NCBI GenBank assembly: GCA_013416795.1
Contig: RQSC01000032.1
Location: 452,429 to 516,428 of the forward strand
Direction of reading: 5' to 3'
Source: Prasinococcaceae sp. CCMP 1430
Taxonomy: Eukaryota; Plantae; Prasinodermophyta
DNA: 64,000 bases
Shown: one piece after another, positions 1-12,698 of the stretch
Layout of the letters: each line of letters opens with the position of its first letter
How positions within the stretch are numbered: the stretch's first letter is position 1
Notes under the pieces: model-generated
Seen by the model: the letters and a program-made list of their open reading frames with translations, nothing else
The model's database searches: none
Told to the model about the DNA's origin: nothing
Position numbers and translations under genes: made by a program

Positions 1-1227
1 CGAGCGAAGGAGTTTCATCTGAATCTGAGAGACTACGACCACCAGAGCGCGCGGGAGGTCGCGCACCCCGCGCGGGAGTACGACGACCCGCGCGAGCGGC
101 TACAGCGCGAGGCCGACGCTGTGCATGCCGGCCGCGTTTGGATTCCCACCATATGGACGCCTAGCAAGGCCTCAGACAAACCCTACGTGCCGACCGCGGA
201 CAAAGCTGCAAGCGCGGAGGTCTCTGGCAAGCGCAAGGACGAGTTCAGCGTGACGCGTTGGTACACCGTGCAGATGGGGCGCGCCTGCGGCAGCGCGCGA
301 GCGCAGCGAGACAACGGCGCGACGGCGGCGTTGGAGCGCCCTCGCTCGTGCCTCGCATCGACTCGAACTGCCTCGCGCGCAGAAACGCAAACCCCTATGC
401 GCTCGCCTGCGCGCGAGCGCCCGCCGTGGGGCAGCAGCGCAACTGTTGGGCGCAGGCTCGCTCCGGAGCTGCGTGACGCTGCCCTGCGCTCGTCCCCCGA
501 AGCCATGCGCCCTGTCAGCCTGCCGACGAGCCCCGTGCGGTACCACAGCAAAGCTTCCGGCGCCCTCGAAAGGGACGACGACACCCACGCGGGCCCGGCG
601 CCGGACGCTCACGCCCAAGCACCCGCCCAGGCCAACGCCCACGCGCGCGCAAGCGCCGGCTCCGATTTCTCTGTGAGCAATCGCGTGGGCTATCGCGCAC
701 TTGCGCCAGGAGCCGAGACGTCTCCGATGCACGCGCTGCCCCCTTCGCAGGCAACAGAGACGCCCTCTTTGCCGGCAATGAAACCTCAGACCAACGATGC
801 GGAGGCTTTGGACTGGACCGATGATGACTTGCTCTCGACCCTTGCGCGCGGCGTGCTTGTCACGAAGCTCACGAAGAAGGGCTTGGGGCGTGGGCACGCC
901 CGCGTGATGCATTTGTATGCGTGCGAGGATGGGCGCGGCATCTCCCTCGCGTGGATGGGGGGCGCCCGACTCGACAAAGAGAGGGTGGCTGCCGTGAAGA
1001 GCTTCGACCTCGTCAGTCGCGCGGACGAACGCGCCACCGTGGTGAGCACAGAGACGGGCCCGATCGTAGTGGTCTCACACAGCGATCAGGAGCATGGTTT
1101 GTTTGTGCAGGGCGTGCAGGCACTGGTGCGCCGCACGCGTTCCGCGGCCACACATTCTTGGGATGCTGCGTCGCTCGGCGAGCCTCTCGCGCCCGCCGTG
1201 CCCAGCTATGGCGTTGGCACAATATAG
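1..1227 (+). CDS. 5'-truncated protein: low-complexity N-terminal part, C-terminal PH-like domain
   Basis: Frame 1 is open from base 1 to TAG at 1227. The C-terminal ~110 aa (LLSTLARGVLVTKLTKKGLGRGHARVMHL...LFVQGVQALV) follow the pattern of a PH domain ending in an amphipathic helix. Confidence 0.55.
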   Translation, partial: RAKEFHLNLRDYDHQSAREVAHPAREYDDPRERLQREADAVHAGRVWIPTIWTPSKASDKPYVPTADKAASAEVSGKRKDEFSVTRWYTVQMGRACGSARAQRDNGATAALERPRSCLASTRTASRAETQTPMRSPARERPPWGSSATVGRRLAPELRDAALRSSPEAMRPVSLPTSPVRYHSKASGALERDDDTHAGPAPDAHAQAPAQANAHARASAGSDFSVSNRVGYRALAPGAETSPMHALPPSQATETPSLPAMKPQTNDAEALDWTDDDLLSTLARGVLVTKLTKKGLGRGHARVMHLYACEDGRGISLAWMGGARLDKERVAAVKSFDLVSRADERATVVSTETGPIVVVSHSDQEHGLFVQGVQALVRRTRSAATHSWDAASLGEPLAPAVPSYGVGTI

Positions 1228-1288
1228 ACCAGCTATTCTCAGCTGTAGTGTGGGTGTTGGAGCATAATCTTACAGTACAATCTTTAGT

Positions 1289-4200
1289 CTATACAACACT
1301 TGTGCCATACGGCCGCGTGATGCCGTTCTCCGTCGCCGCAGCGGCTGCGCCGCGGCTCGTGAGGCCCAGCGTCGCCAGCGCTTCGCTCACGGCGTGGAGT
1401 TCGTCGCCATTGCGCGCGCGCGCGGTGTACACGGGGCAATCAATGCTGTCGCACGCCAGCCGACGCATGCCGTCACCACCGCCGCATGACACACACACCG
1501 CCGATGCTTTGACCGCCACGCGCTCCAGTCGCGTCATGCGCCCGATCAGTGCCATCGCGGTGGCCTGCGGTGTGCCTCGGCAACGACCGCACAGCGCCAC
1601 CGCCGTCTTAGGCCTGCGCACGTTGGCGGTCTCGCCACACATCACACACCGAGCGCTCGCGAAGAACGCATCGATGGTGCACGGAGGCAACCTGCGTGCC
1701 CCAAGGCCGCCACCGCCCTGCCGGCGCGCGGCCGCTGCCGCAGCGGTGGCTGCGGGCAACACTGTTGGCACCTCGCGGGGCATGTCTGCGAGCCACGAGC
1801 TCACATCGCAGCCGAGCAAACCCAGTGAGCGCTGAAGCGCAGGCACTATCACCTTGTCGACGTAGTACTGCCCACACGGGCGAAGTGCGCCGCGCGAGAG
1901 CGCAACATCGCGTGGGTCAAAGCAACGGTCGACGAGGTTGGAGCCGGGGGCACCCCAGCACACAACGAAGCGCACGCGCTCCCCGCGCGGCGGCTCCGCG
2001 CGGCGATCGATGGCCATCGCTCTATACGCGACCACTGCCGCAGGTGGGGGGGACGCGTATGAACCGAGCTTGACCTCCTTGGCGAAGACGAGCTGCTCGA
2101 GCGCGCATCGACCCCGCAGAATGAGTGATGCCTGCTCGCGCACGTATCGCTTCGCAGCCGACACGTCGTTGGCAGCGAAGAGCGCGCGTATGGCCCCCTC
2201 GACAGCCACGCGGCACGCGCCGCAGCCGTCGCGGCGCACCGTCTCTATGCCCTTCGCGTCGAACTTTGGGCGTTCAGTGGGGAGGGCGGTTTCGTACATG
2301 TACCCCACGTAGCGCTTCTTGGACGCAAGGATGCATGGCTGATATACTTTTTCAAACTTGAGCTCGACCGGCGGCGGATTGGCCCCAGTGACCGCCTTGC
2401 TCATCTCATGGCCGATCGCATGGGCTTCGAGTCTGTCGCGGCCGGGCAGTAGCACGAACATGCTATCTGTGTCGCCATAGACCACCTTTGCGTTCCACTC
2501 GGGGTTGCCCTCGACCATGGCGATGGCACGCTCGAGAGTGCGCCTGCCAAAAGACACGATGGAGTCAGCAATCTCCGCGCAGGGCATGCGCCCGCTGAAG
2601 GATGCGCTTGTGTAACCGTACGTCACATTTGCAATGAGCTTGAGGCCCATCTGGCGTGCGTTGAGCGCGCGGTAGAGCGCACGATCGCGCTGTGCGGTGT
2701 GCGACTTCATCGCGCGCTTCACCATCGCGCGTGTGGCCAGCAGCTCCTGCAGCATTCGTGGAAGCACGCCACGCAACTTGCTTGGCGGCGCGAACGCCGT
2801 GCCGCTCGGCGAGATTATTGCGTCGCGTGCATGTTCCCGCAACGCGCCCGCTGGCGGTCGCCAATCGCGCAGTGGACCGAGCCCTTGCGCTTCCCTCCCC
2901 GGTGAGGGTACCTTGCCCAAGCACGTCGAGTAGCACAGATTGTACGCGATCACCATCGAGGGATACAGACTGGTGAAGTCCAACACAACGACGGGGTCCG
3001 TGTAGAACTTGCCCTCGGGCTCCATAATGAGCGGGAGAGCCTCGAGTGCAGGCTGCGACGCCACCTCCTCCTTGGAGGGGCTCGCCAGCAGATAGTTCTG
3101 CGTACGGCACAGGCGCGCCAGCAGGCTCTCCACACGGTACTGTGAGCCGCGCAGCATCACATCCAGGAAAGGGATGCCGAAGACACGGGCGAATTCTGCG
3201 TTGCGGCCCACGATATCGAGGCGCTCAATGAGCTCCAGGTTGATCGTTGCGGAGCGCAGGAGGTGAGACGCGCCAACCAGTGCGGCAGATGCAACGCGCT
3301 GACCGAGCATTGACGCGATGGCACCCGGCGGCATAGAAGGCACACGCCTCCCAAGCACCGCCTCAGCGGCAACCTGAGCGCTATAAATAGTGAGTTGGAG
3401 CTCCTTGCGCATCACGCGCCACCCGTTGAGAACAACCCGGCCAGGAATGTTGATGCCGCTTCCATGGTCGACGTTCCACGCGTCTGTACTCGCGCGGCTC
3501 GCGCGCTGCTCGGGGAAACGGCTCAGCTGCTGTGACAGCGGCGGGCGCTCAAAGTCACCAGGTGCGCGTGGGCGCTGCTGAGCCGGCGTGGTATTGCTCG
3601 CGGGCGGTTGAGGGGTCGCCGGAGCCGTGCCTCTGAGGATGGCAGCGCGCTCAAGCAGGTACCCCAGGCTGGCACGCTGGGTGTCGTAGCCCAGCAATAT
3701 CTCCGGATCAATGGCGGTGACCGTCTGTGCGAAAGTGTCCATGAGGTCGGCCTCCGTGCCCACATTCATGACGTAGGCCTTGGTGCACGCGTCCCAGAGG
3801 AAGCCAGGAGCGCCGCAGAAACCGGGCATCGTCGCACTTGCGCGACCGTCGTCCGTCGACTCTGGCACTGGGCCTCTGTCGCCGCTGTCCTGCGGGGCGT
3901 ACGGGCCCAGACCACGAGGCCCTTTCCTCGCAGCAAAGCTCGGACACCGTGTGATGTCGACGATAAGAGCGCGCTCGTAAGGCGCATCCATGTCAGCAGC
4001 GTTGATGCGCACAGCCATGGCGATTGCGTGCACCGCATCCGAGCGTGGGCAGGCGAGAAGCCCGCCACGGCTAGGGCAAGCGATTTCCACTGACATGACA
4101 GTCAGGTGAGAGGCGCCAACGCCGCCACCGGCCGCATACGCCTGGCTGTGCCCCGCGGAGTTGGCAAGCGAACCGCGAGCGACCTCGCGGTGCTCCTTTG

Positions 4201-7200
4201 CTTCGCGCGCGGCTTTGCCGGGTGTCACGTGCGTCTTTACCGCACCCCGTAGCCCCGCAGCCTCGCGTACCACGGCGCCCGCGCCCTTGCCGCTTGACTG
4301 CGGGCCGCTAGCCCTGCGGACGGTAGACGGTTCGGCAGCGTGAGCATTGCCGTTGCGGTCGCTGTCTCTGCCTGCATCGGCGCCCACAACTTGTGCGTGG
4401 CCCATCGACGGTGTCGCATACGTGGCAGGCGATGCAAACTCCAGCGTTTCCGCGCCCTGTCGCCCGGCGTCGGTGTCGAGCGTAACCTGCGTGCCACCGC
4501 TGATAAGATTCTGGTACACATCATCGTATTTCGGTGAATGTGGGCGCGGCAATGGCTCAAGATGTCGTACGGGTGTGCCGTCTGGGTTATCACTTGCGTC
4601 GCCGACAGCTGCGGCTGCAGCGCGCTCGTGCTCAGACGCTGGCACGAGCTTGCCCGTGTTGGCATCCGCTGCTAGCGCTGCACTCGTGCCCCGCCGCCTG
4701 CGTGTGCGCTCTGCCGCAAAGTTGCGCGCCACCGCATCGAGCCACGCGTCTACCTCGGTGCAGCTCGGAGGAGGGAGCAGCATCGTATACGCCCTCAGCC
4801 GCTTGGGCTGCAGCGCCGCTGTGCGCTCCAGCTGAGCGGGTGCACCGGCGTCCTCGCCGTACGCGCGCGCAAGTGCGCGCGCGTATCGCTCGTCGCGAGC
4901 GAGCGCACGGGCAGCGTCTCCACCAAAGAAAGGCGGCAGGCGCGCCGGATCAGCGCTTGCGATGGCAATCTCCCTGCCAATTTCGACGGTCCTGCCCCCC
5001 ACGTCAGCGATGTCCCCCCAGTATGGCAGTGGCGTCTCGCGCAGGGGCAAGCCACTGGCATCCAAATCAGCGGCAATCTCAGCATCAGTGGGCGGTGGCG
5101 TGGTGTACCTGTACGCGATGAGACCACGCATAGACACCTGGGACACCAAGTCGGCAGCTGCGGAGTTACCGCTAGGGGCAACGTCCTGCGAGGGTGACAG
5201 GTAGAGAGCGAAAGGTGCCTGGGGTCCGCCGCGTGATTCGACGGCGGTGCGATCATTCTGCTCGTTGCCGTCAGCGGTAAAGGCCTCTGCGATGTCCATC
5301 ACAGGAATTTTGGTCGAGGCGCGCCATGCTGGACGCGCGGACGACGCCGCGCTGCTGCGTCGGTATTTGTATCTCTGAGATCGTTGTGCGCCTGGATCGT
5401 GCTGCTCTGCGTCTTGTGAGCCCCCAGTACCGTGTACAGGCGAGGGCAAAGGTGACTGAGTGCCAGGCGCGAGCGTCAACTCCATCGCCTCCTCTTCACC
5501 CGACGCATCGCCGTCATCACCGAGAGCGTTATTGCCATTGCCGCCGCCGTCATCTTGTCCGCAATCCTTGGCACTCCCCCCTAGCGTATCCATCATTTCG
5601 AGCAGCCTGCGACGCTTGGCACTCTGCTTCGAATCACCCGAGCCGCACATTCCATCGCTACCATTAGGTTTGTCGGATGCCACCGCGGCTACGCCAGTAG
5701 GGCCGCGTCGACTGGCGGGCAGATCTGTACGTGCTTGCGTCAGCGCATGCGCGCGCACATGTGCGTGCGCACCCACGCAAACCGCCTCCCCCCTGACGTC
5801 ACTCTCGAGCGCCTCCTCAGCCTCGTCGGGCGCGCTCAGCATCAGTACCAAGGAGTCGGACACTGCTTGAGTCGCAGATGGATCGCTCACTTGTCCACGC
5901 TCGTCCGACCCTTCGATCTCACCCCCGCCGTCGACACCGCGCCCGTCGCTACCCGCACCGCCGTCGTCGTCACCCACCTGCTGGCTCGCACGGCCTGTTG
6001 ATGTGTGCATGATCCCCTGTCGCATAATCTCAGGATCCTCTTCGTCGCTGTGATCCTCGCCCATCAGAGGCATGACGCGCTCCTCGCCAATGGCGCCGGA
6101 GTCGAAAAGAGCTCGTCCCTGCGACAGCTCCAGTGGGCCCTCGTCTGCGCGCGCGTCGTCATTGTCCGTCACGGGCGGCGCCATCGCTGGATCCAGCGCC
6201 TGCGTAAGTGCTTCGGGGTCTTGACAGAAAATGGGTGTGCCTACGCGATATTCCATCTGCTGCAGCGTGGGTAACTGCGCCTGGCTGCCGCCGCGTGCCA
6301 TCCAGTCCAAGATGTCTGCGAGATCTCCTTGGGAGGTCTGCGAGAGCGGCACCTGGGTCTCCGGAGCTTGCAAGCGCCGCGGCGTTGGCTGCGAGTGGTG
6401 TTGCGCGTGCTGCTGCTGCGACACCAGGGCAGCCGCCGCCTCATCTGAGAGCTGCTGCTGCTCCTCGCGCGTCCATGCGTCGCTCAGCGGGTCATGTTCC
6501 CCACTGGGTAAGTCGTTTGCGGCGACAACGCTCTGAACAGCCCCGCCCGCGCCCTCAGTCTCGCCTTCGGTCCTGCCCTCCGCCCCACGGTTGCAATCAC
6601 CCGCAACCTCCGCTGCGGCAGCAAACGCACGCTGTAGGGCTCGTTCGCGCCCATCTGGGTCTGGGAGATTCCGGTCTTCGGCGCTCGGCAGCTTTGCCTC
6701 GAATACGGGCGCCTCCGTGCCCTCAGCAGCGCAGCGTTCTGCCTCGGCCTCCCACACGAACGCGAGACTTTGCACGAGGTGCACATCGGCGCAAGCCTGC
6801 GAGAGTGGCACGCGCGTCACTTCGCCCACATTAAGGATGTCGGAGGCTGCCACGTCGACCTCAAGCGCGCACGTGGCCGTCCTGCGCGGCGGTGAGACAC
6901 ACACCGATGCCCAGCGCCACTCGGGCGGCACTGTTGCCTCATTCCACACTGCCTGCAAGCCCGAGCTCTGGCTGTTCGGTCGCGCGACCCCCTGCGCATA
7001 AAGGCGCTGGTTGTATTCGACACTGTCACCAAATTCGCGCACGCCTACGTTGGGCAGGGGCGCTCTGAAGTACGCCCTCGACGCGAGCATGACGCCCTGG
7101 CCAACGAGGTTCAGGTCGATCAGCGCGCGCATGATGAACGGTATGTGCGCTTCAAGCGGCCTCGTACCCAGCGTACGCGCGGCGGCGGCGGCGGCGCTGA

Positions 7201-7860
7201 GCTCATTCGGTGAATAGAGCGTAAGGCGCACGAAGAGCGCGTCGCGGGCAGTGCCCGTCTCGCCCTGCACATGCTGAGGCGAAAAGCCGTAGAGCTCGCG
7301 CGCTCGCACGAGCGCTGCCGCGCGAACATGGCGTGTGCTGCCCACGCCCGCGTAGGCACGCGCCCGTTCGCGCGTGGCGAGCTCGCCCTCGAGACGCATC
7401 GCAATGTGTCTCGCCCAGCTCACCGCGTCCTCGACAACGCCAGCGCGCCCGGGCGGCACCGGCACATACAGATATGGGTAGCAGCCTCGGATGTGGCAGA
7501 CGCACTTCTGCCCGGCGGTCGTCACGCCGAACGCGCGCAGAGCCGGCACGCGCTTCGCACGCGCGTCGCCACCGAGGAGCGGGTCGCGCGGGTCGTCGAG
7601 AGGTGGCAGCGGCGTACATGTCGACGCGTCCAGGTGAAACACGCGCAGCGCGAAGCCGGCGCGCTGGGACGGCTGCACGTGCGTGTCAGTGCGCGCATTC
7701 CCCTTGTTTCGCTCGCGGTGGCAGCGCACTGCACAGCGAGCGGGCCAGCCAGCGGACGCACCGTCATATGCCCATCAGAGCGCGCACCCTCTCTGCTCGT
7801 CAACTCCGCCCCGCGCATCGCGCCCGCAGGCAAGGGGGGGGGTGATGCGGCTGCTGCCAT
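1289..7860 (-). CDS. REV3: DNA polymerase zeta catalytic subunit (B-family)
   Basis: N-terminal VPALRAFG.T.AGQKCVCHIRGCYPYLY; PolB motifs LDFTSLYPSMVIAYNLCYST, KLIANVTYGY, YGDTDSMF, KGIETVRRD; C-terminal CysA/CysB (CVMC..CGRC, CVSC..CDSIDC). The tracked ORF lacks an ATG. A phase-0 intron at 7673-7761 (GTGCGT..CTGAC..GCAG) joins it to ATG 7860. Confidence 0.95.
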
Positions 7861-8099
7861 CGCAGAAGCACCGCGCCACCGCCCTTGCCCGTTTGTCACC
7901 GCCCCCGAAGCCGTCACCACTGACGCGGCTACGAGCGCGCACGAGCGCGCATTCGCACGCGTCGCACCATCCCCCGCGGCACCCTCGCACGCACGCAGCG
8001 CACGCGACTACAACACGCCCCAAGCCCGCCTCGCCCGGCGCCGGCGTGACGGAGCGCGGCTGCTACACCCAGCCGCGCGTGCCGGCGCGCGCCGGGTCA

Positions 8100-8136
8100 G
8101 GGAGGGGGAGGGGGGGGGGGGGGGGGGGGGGGGGGG
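8100..8136 (+). repeat. poly-G tract in the REV3 / TPR-Trx divergent spacer
   Basis: Nearly uninterrupted G run seen directly. Confidence 0.9.
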
Positions 8137-8304
8137 CTGTGCGCGCGTTGTGGGCCTCGTCAGCCAGTGCTGTCATTGTCATTTGTGCTCGGCTTGGGGC
8201 GGAGCGTGCCTGCCGCAGGGTGCCACACACGGCAGCGGCGGCGCTGGTGGGTGCCGGGGGCGCAGGGGGAGGACAGGCGGCGCAAACAGGACAGGTTCGC
8301 GCAA

Positions 8305-9427
8305 ATGGCGGACATTAAGGCGAAGGCAAGCGAGCTCTACAAGTCTGGCGACTACGGGGCAGCTGAGGGACAGTACTCGGCAGCGGCGGCGGCGTTCGAG
8401 CAAGCTGAAGACGCGCCGGCGGCGGCCGTGTGCCGTGGCAACCGCGCCGCCGCGCTGCTCGCGCTGCGTAGACCCGGCGAAGCGGCGGTCGAATGCGCGC
8501 GCGCGGCTGCGCTCGATGCCACGTATGCGCGAGCGCGCCAGCGGCTAGGCACGGCCGTCGTCCGCGCAGGGGGCTTCACGGAGGCCATCGGCGCGGCGGA
8601 GGGAAGTCTGAAGGGAGAGCTTGAGGCGCTGGCAGCAGCCCGCGAGAAGGGGAATGCGCTCTTCAAGGAGGGCGATAAGGCCGGCGCGCGTGACGCGTAT
8701 GGCGTGGCGCTTGACGCACACCCCACGGCACCGGGCGCCGCGCTGCTGCGATGCAACCGCGCCGCGTGCCGCGCCGCGCTCGGCGATGCTGCCGGGGCGC
8801 TCAAAGACGCGGAGGACGCGCTCGCTGAGGACGAGAGTTATACGAAAGCCAAGCTACGTCGCGCCGCGGCGCTGGCGGCACTTGGTGATAGCCGCGCCGC
8901 CGATGCCGTGGCCGCGTATCGCGAGCTGCGCGCGCTCATTCCTGGCGACGACGGCGTGTGCGACGCGCTCTTCGCTGCCGAGAAGGCTGCGGGCAACGCC
9001 GGCGCGAAGAAAGAGACCGCAGGCGTGATCGTTGTCACCGACGGGGACGACTACCGCCGGCGTCTACGCGCGGCGCCTGGCCTCATCGCGGTCGACTTTA
9101 CGGCGACTTGGTGCGGGCCATGCAGGCAGGTCGCTCCTGTATTTGCGCAGCTTGCGCTGGCGTACAAGACGACCACGTTCCTGAAGGTCGACGTAGACGA
9201 CGTGCAAGAGGTGGCTGGTGCGGAGGCGGTCCGAAGCATGCCAACGTTCAAGTTCTTCAAGGCGGGAAAGACCGTCGCGACGTTTTCTGGGGCAGATGGC
9301 AACAGGTGCGTTGTGCTCTTGTCGGCGCGGAGCGGTGGGCTTAGATTGGGCGCCTGATGCTGACTCGACGCCTGCGCCACGCGTGCGTGGCAGGTTGGCC
9401 GCCATCGTGAAGCAGCACTCCGAGTGA
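8305..9427 (+). CDS. TPR-repeat protein with C-terminal thioredoxin domain (WCGPC)
   Basis: Two TPR clusters (KAKASELYKSGDYGAAEGQYS; REKGNALFKEGDKAGARDAYG..CNRAAC) and VDFTATWCGPC. Intron 9306-9393 gives the C-terminus GNRLAAIVKQHSE*. Confidence 0.88.
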
Positions 9428-9651
9428 GCGCGGCCTGCCGCACGCATGCGCGGATGGCTGCGTTGCGCGCGCGCGTGCGCTGGTGGTCGTGTGCTACTGC
9501 TCTACCGCCTGCAAGCACTGCGCTACTTAATACATACATACGTAGCTTGTGCGTGCTTCCGCCGACCGGCACATCCGTGCGTGCAGCTGGACTTGTAGCT
9601 AGCGCGACATATATACATGCGCCCACGTGTGCGAAACTGTTGGATGCGGGA

Positions 9652-10092
9652 CTACTCCGGCGAGTTGAGCGATGCCCTGAGGAGACTGAGGAAGTACATA
9701 AGCCCGCAGCCGACCAAGAGCGTCACGGTCACACCGACGCTTAGCAGCGCGGCCTGCTCGAGCGGCCACAGGACATTAAATCCCAGGGCATAGCGGAAAT
9801 GATCAAAAGCGCGCGTCGCCCGCTCCGAGAAGGTCAGCTGCTTGCGCGTGTACGTGTACGGATAGGCGCGCAGGTATTCGATGGAAGAGTGGTCCGTGGG
9901 GCGGGCGTTCTCGCAGCAGGTGCGCCGAAATGCTTCCCTGCGCGCCCTTGTGCAGACCCCGACAGGGTCGATGGCGCTGTCAGCGAAGCTCGGCGGCCCG
10001 TGACGCGAGGCCTTGTCAGTGACGGGCGACGACGGCGCCGTCATGTCGTCGACGTCTGGCGGCGACTCGTACTGCAGAGCGATGTCGCCCAT
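9652..10092 (-). CDS. small membrane protein; C-terminal ~55 aa resemble serine palmitoyltransferase small subunit (ssSPT)
   Basis: ATG-initiated 146-aa ORF with a C-terminal hydrophobic helix. FDHFRYALGFNVLWPLEQAALL loosely follows the ssSPT pattern (Y..Y....LYMLEPWE). The family call is weak. Confidence 0.4.
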   Translation of the reverse strand: MGDIALQYESPPDVDDMTAPSSPVTDKASRHGPPSFADSAIDPVGVCTRARREAFRRTCCENARPTDHSSIEYLRAYPYTYTRKQLTFSERATRAFDHFRYALGFNVLWPLEQAALLSVGVTVTLLVGCGLMYFLSLLRASLNSPE

Positions 10093-10931
10093 GGCACTCG
10101 CTCACTCGCCGCGTGCACGTCCTCGGGCCCCTCCACAGGCGCACCGACAGTCGGCCCAGCAGCGGCAGCCGCCTCAATGCCCCAAACGGGATGTGTTGGA
10201 TTGTACGTACGGACGCTCAGACGGCCGTCAAATCTCCCGGCGTCTTCTCTCGTCCAGGCGGCGCGCCTCCTTGCTTAGCTTGACTCGAGCGCCCAGTGCC
10301 GCCAGCTGGACGCCTGCGCGACGCCCTCCCGCGCCACCTGCGCCGCCGCCCCACCCCTCCCCCGACAAGGCGGCGCCCGCCCTCACCGAGGCCGCGCCTG
10401 CACCCGAAAAAATCTCGCGGCGTACTGCGCGCCGGCACCTGCTGCGGCTGTTCGTCGCCGCCGCCCCCTGCTGGGACGGCCTGCTGCGACGGCGCGCAGC
10501 ATGCACGCGCGCGTGCCCCCTAGCCCGCCCGGACGCGGCGGCGGCGCGCGCGCGCGCAGGAGTGGCGCGCGCTCCGCCGAGGCCGAGGGCGCCAACTGTC
10601 GCCCTGTCAACGGACTCGCGCCGTTCCTGAGCGGCCGCGTATACATGCATTTTGATGGCACATGTTCCGTTTACATGATGTGTGCCTTCATTCATGCTTT
10701 TACCCACCCCTCGGCGACGCGCCCACTCCTGCTGCGTAGACGAACCTGCTGCCGCTCATGGCGCAAACGCCGACTCCCACACGTCTGGCTCCAGTGAGAA
10801 AGCGACCTCAAACACACGGATGGTGTCGGCGCCAAGGAGCTCATCGACGAGCACATCATGCGTAATGGCCTCGTACTCAGTGTGGCCAACTCCTGCGAGC
10901 GAGCGCGTCGCGCACGTCAGCTACAGCGCTT

Positions 10932-11960
10932 TCACACGCCTGCACACGCGTCAGCGCCGCCACGAGCAGGCACGAGTCGCGCGCGCGTGCCTTCAGCACT
11001 CTGATGCACGCGATGAACGTGGTAGCCAGCCTCGCGGAAAAGCTGGAAGGCTCTGCGCGCTTGTTCCTTGCGCTCAGGCAGGTTTTGGACCTCGATGATC
11101 ACGCTACGAAACCTGCGTGATCGAATCAGGGTCGCCGCACCAAGAAGCACGAGCGCCTCGGCTCCTTCGCAATCGATCTTGAGTAGCTCAACCATTCTCT
11201 CACCAAGCTCGTTCCTAAGCACGTCTTCCATCCGAACTGTCACAGATGAGCCCTCGTATCGCACGCCCTTTGTATTCACGCGCGGATCAGTCCCGCTCGT
11301 CGGGATGAAGGTCGATCCATAGTTGCCCTCAAACATGTACAGGTCCACAGCCCCAGGGCCACTTGAGAGTGCCGCCGAGTACAGCTTCGACCGCTTGAAG
11401 TCATTCATGCGCAGTGCTTGCCACATGAGGCCATAGTTTGATTGCAAAGGTTCGAACGTGAACGTGCGAAATCCGAGCGCCGCGGCAAACAGCGTGAAAG
11501 TGCCAATGTTTCCGCCGACGTCGACGAAGAGCGGCTCTGAAGCTTTCGACGCGTAGGTGTGCGACCAATAGGCATGCACGCGAGCCACGCTCTCGTACAC
11601 GTGCGAGTCAAACATTTCGCCGCGATGAATGAGCTGTGACACGTAGATGTCGTGATCAGGGCGGTGCAGGCACATGTCATACTGCGCGGCGCGAGGAAGA
11701 TTCGTGACACGTGTGCGATAACCACAGGCACACTCAGACACGCCCGCGGTCGACGCGATCTCGGTTGACAGGTCCCTGTCAGGCATCGCCCGCCTCCTAT
11801 GCACAGCCGACCGTGGGGACGTGCGCCGCAGCGGTTGGCGGCTCGGGACCGCACGCATCCATGGGGAGCTGCCCACGCTCCACACCACGGCGGTGACCAA
11901 CGCCGCACCCAGCGCGGCACACACCAGCAGCGCGGTGGGATGCGACGGACGACGCATCAT
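10932..11960 (-). CDS. FkbM-family SAM-dependent methyltransferase with N-terminal signal anchor
   Basis: FVDVGGNIGTFTL, FTFEP, LLKIDCEGAEALVLLGA; hydrophobic N-terminus ALLVCAALGAALVTAVVW. The 3' end probably continues through an intron to about 10700. Confidence 0.85.
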   Translation of the reverse strand: MMRRPSHPTALLVCAALGAALVTAVVWSVGSSPWMRAVPSRQPLRRTSPRSAVHRRRAMPDRDLSTEIASTAGVSECACGYRTRVTNLPRAAQYDMCLHRPDHDIYVSQLIHRGEMFDSHVYESVARVHAYWSHTYASKASEPLFVDVGGNIGTFTLFAAALGFRTFTFEPLQSNYGLMWQALRMNDFKRSKLYSAALSSGPGAVDLYMFEGNYGSTFIPTSGTDPRVNTKGVRYEGSSVTVRMEDVLRNELGERMVELLKIDCEGAEALVLLGAATLIRSRRFRSVIIEVQNLPERKEQARRAFQLFREAGYHVHRVHQSAEGTRARLVPARGGADACAGV

Positions 11961-12545
11961 GTGCTACCAGCGTCGCGCCGGCCGATGCCCCGCGGCTACT
12001 TCTTGTACGCGATAGGACCTGCCGCTCGCTCGGACCCTCGGTCTCTTGCTTCGCTCGCCCGCTCGGGCGAAAGCCACTCCGACGCGCGCCCGCGACGTCG
12101 GCGGCAAGCGGCGCCGCCCGGGGCGAGCGCCACCCTGGAGGGGGTAGGGGAACGCACCCCCAGGCCCTGATCGATCGCCCTCCCCGCCCCCCGCGGCGCC
12201 GGGCGCCGCGCGGCCCCGGCGCGGAGGGGAGGGGAGCCTCGCGAGCTCGTAGCCGGTTGCGCATCGGAACGGCTCGCAAAGGGAAAACGATGGAGAGAAA
12301 AAAAATGACGCGAACGCAGTTGGGGGCTTCAGCATTTTAAAAGTGTGCATTTTCGAAGGAATTTGGACAAAAAATACCAGACAAAACAAGGGGGGGGGGG
12401 GAAAGGAGCGCCGCGCATCATGGAGGATGGGCGGGGGGAGGGAGGGAGGCGGGGTGCGCGGCGTGCGCGCGCCATTGGCGCGTGCCCGGCCGCCCGCGAG
12501 GATCGACCTCCCCCGAACCCCCACCCCCCAGCCCGCAGCGCCGCG

Positions 12546-12698
12546 ATGTCCTCCCTCGAGGACGTGGCCGACAGGGCCGAGTGGCCCGAGCCCAACTTCA
12601 ACGATCCCTTCGAGGTCGCAGCGCACTGCGAGGTCCCCGAGGAAGGCGAGTGGGAGTACCACGTCCGCAAGGGCGCCAACGACGGCAAGGGCGACGCG
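12546..12698 (+). CDS. orphan first exon (51 codons, MSSLEDVADRAEWPEPNFNDPFE...)
   Basis: ATG, strong C/G third-position bias, ends at a GTGCGT donor (12699). No nearby acceptor or second exon. Confidence 0.4.

Noticed and set aside
4100-6600. Large low-complexity insert in REV3 as a novel domain or intein
   Set aside because: Long disordered middle regions are normal for REV3; no intein or endonuclease motifs seen.
10200-10707. Several overlapping short ORFs between the ssSPT-like and FkbM genes
   Set aside because: No recognisable motif or consistent exon model; a small gene cannot be excluded.
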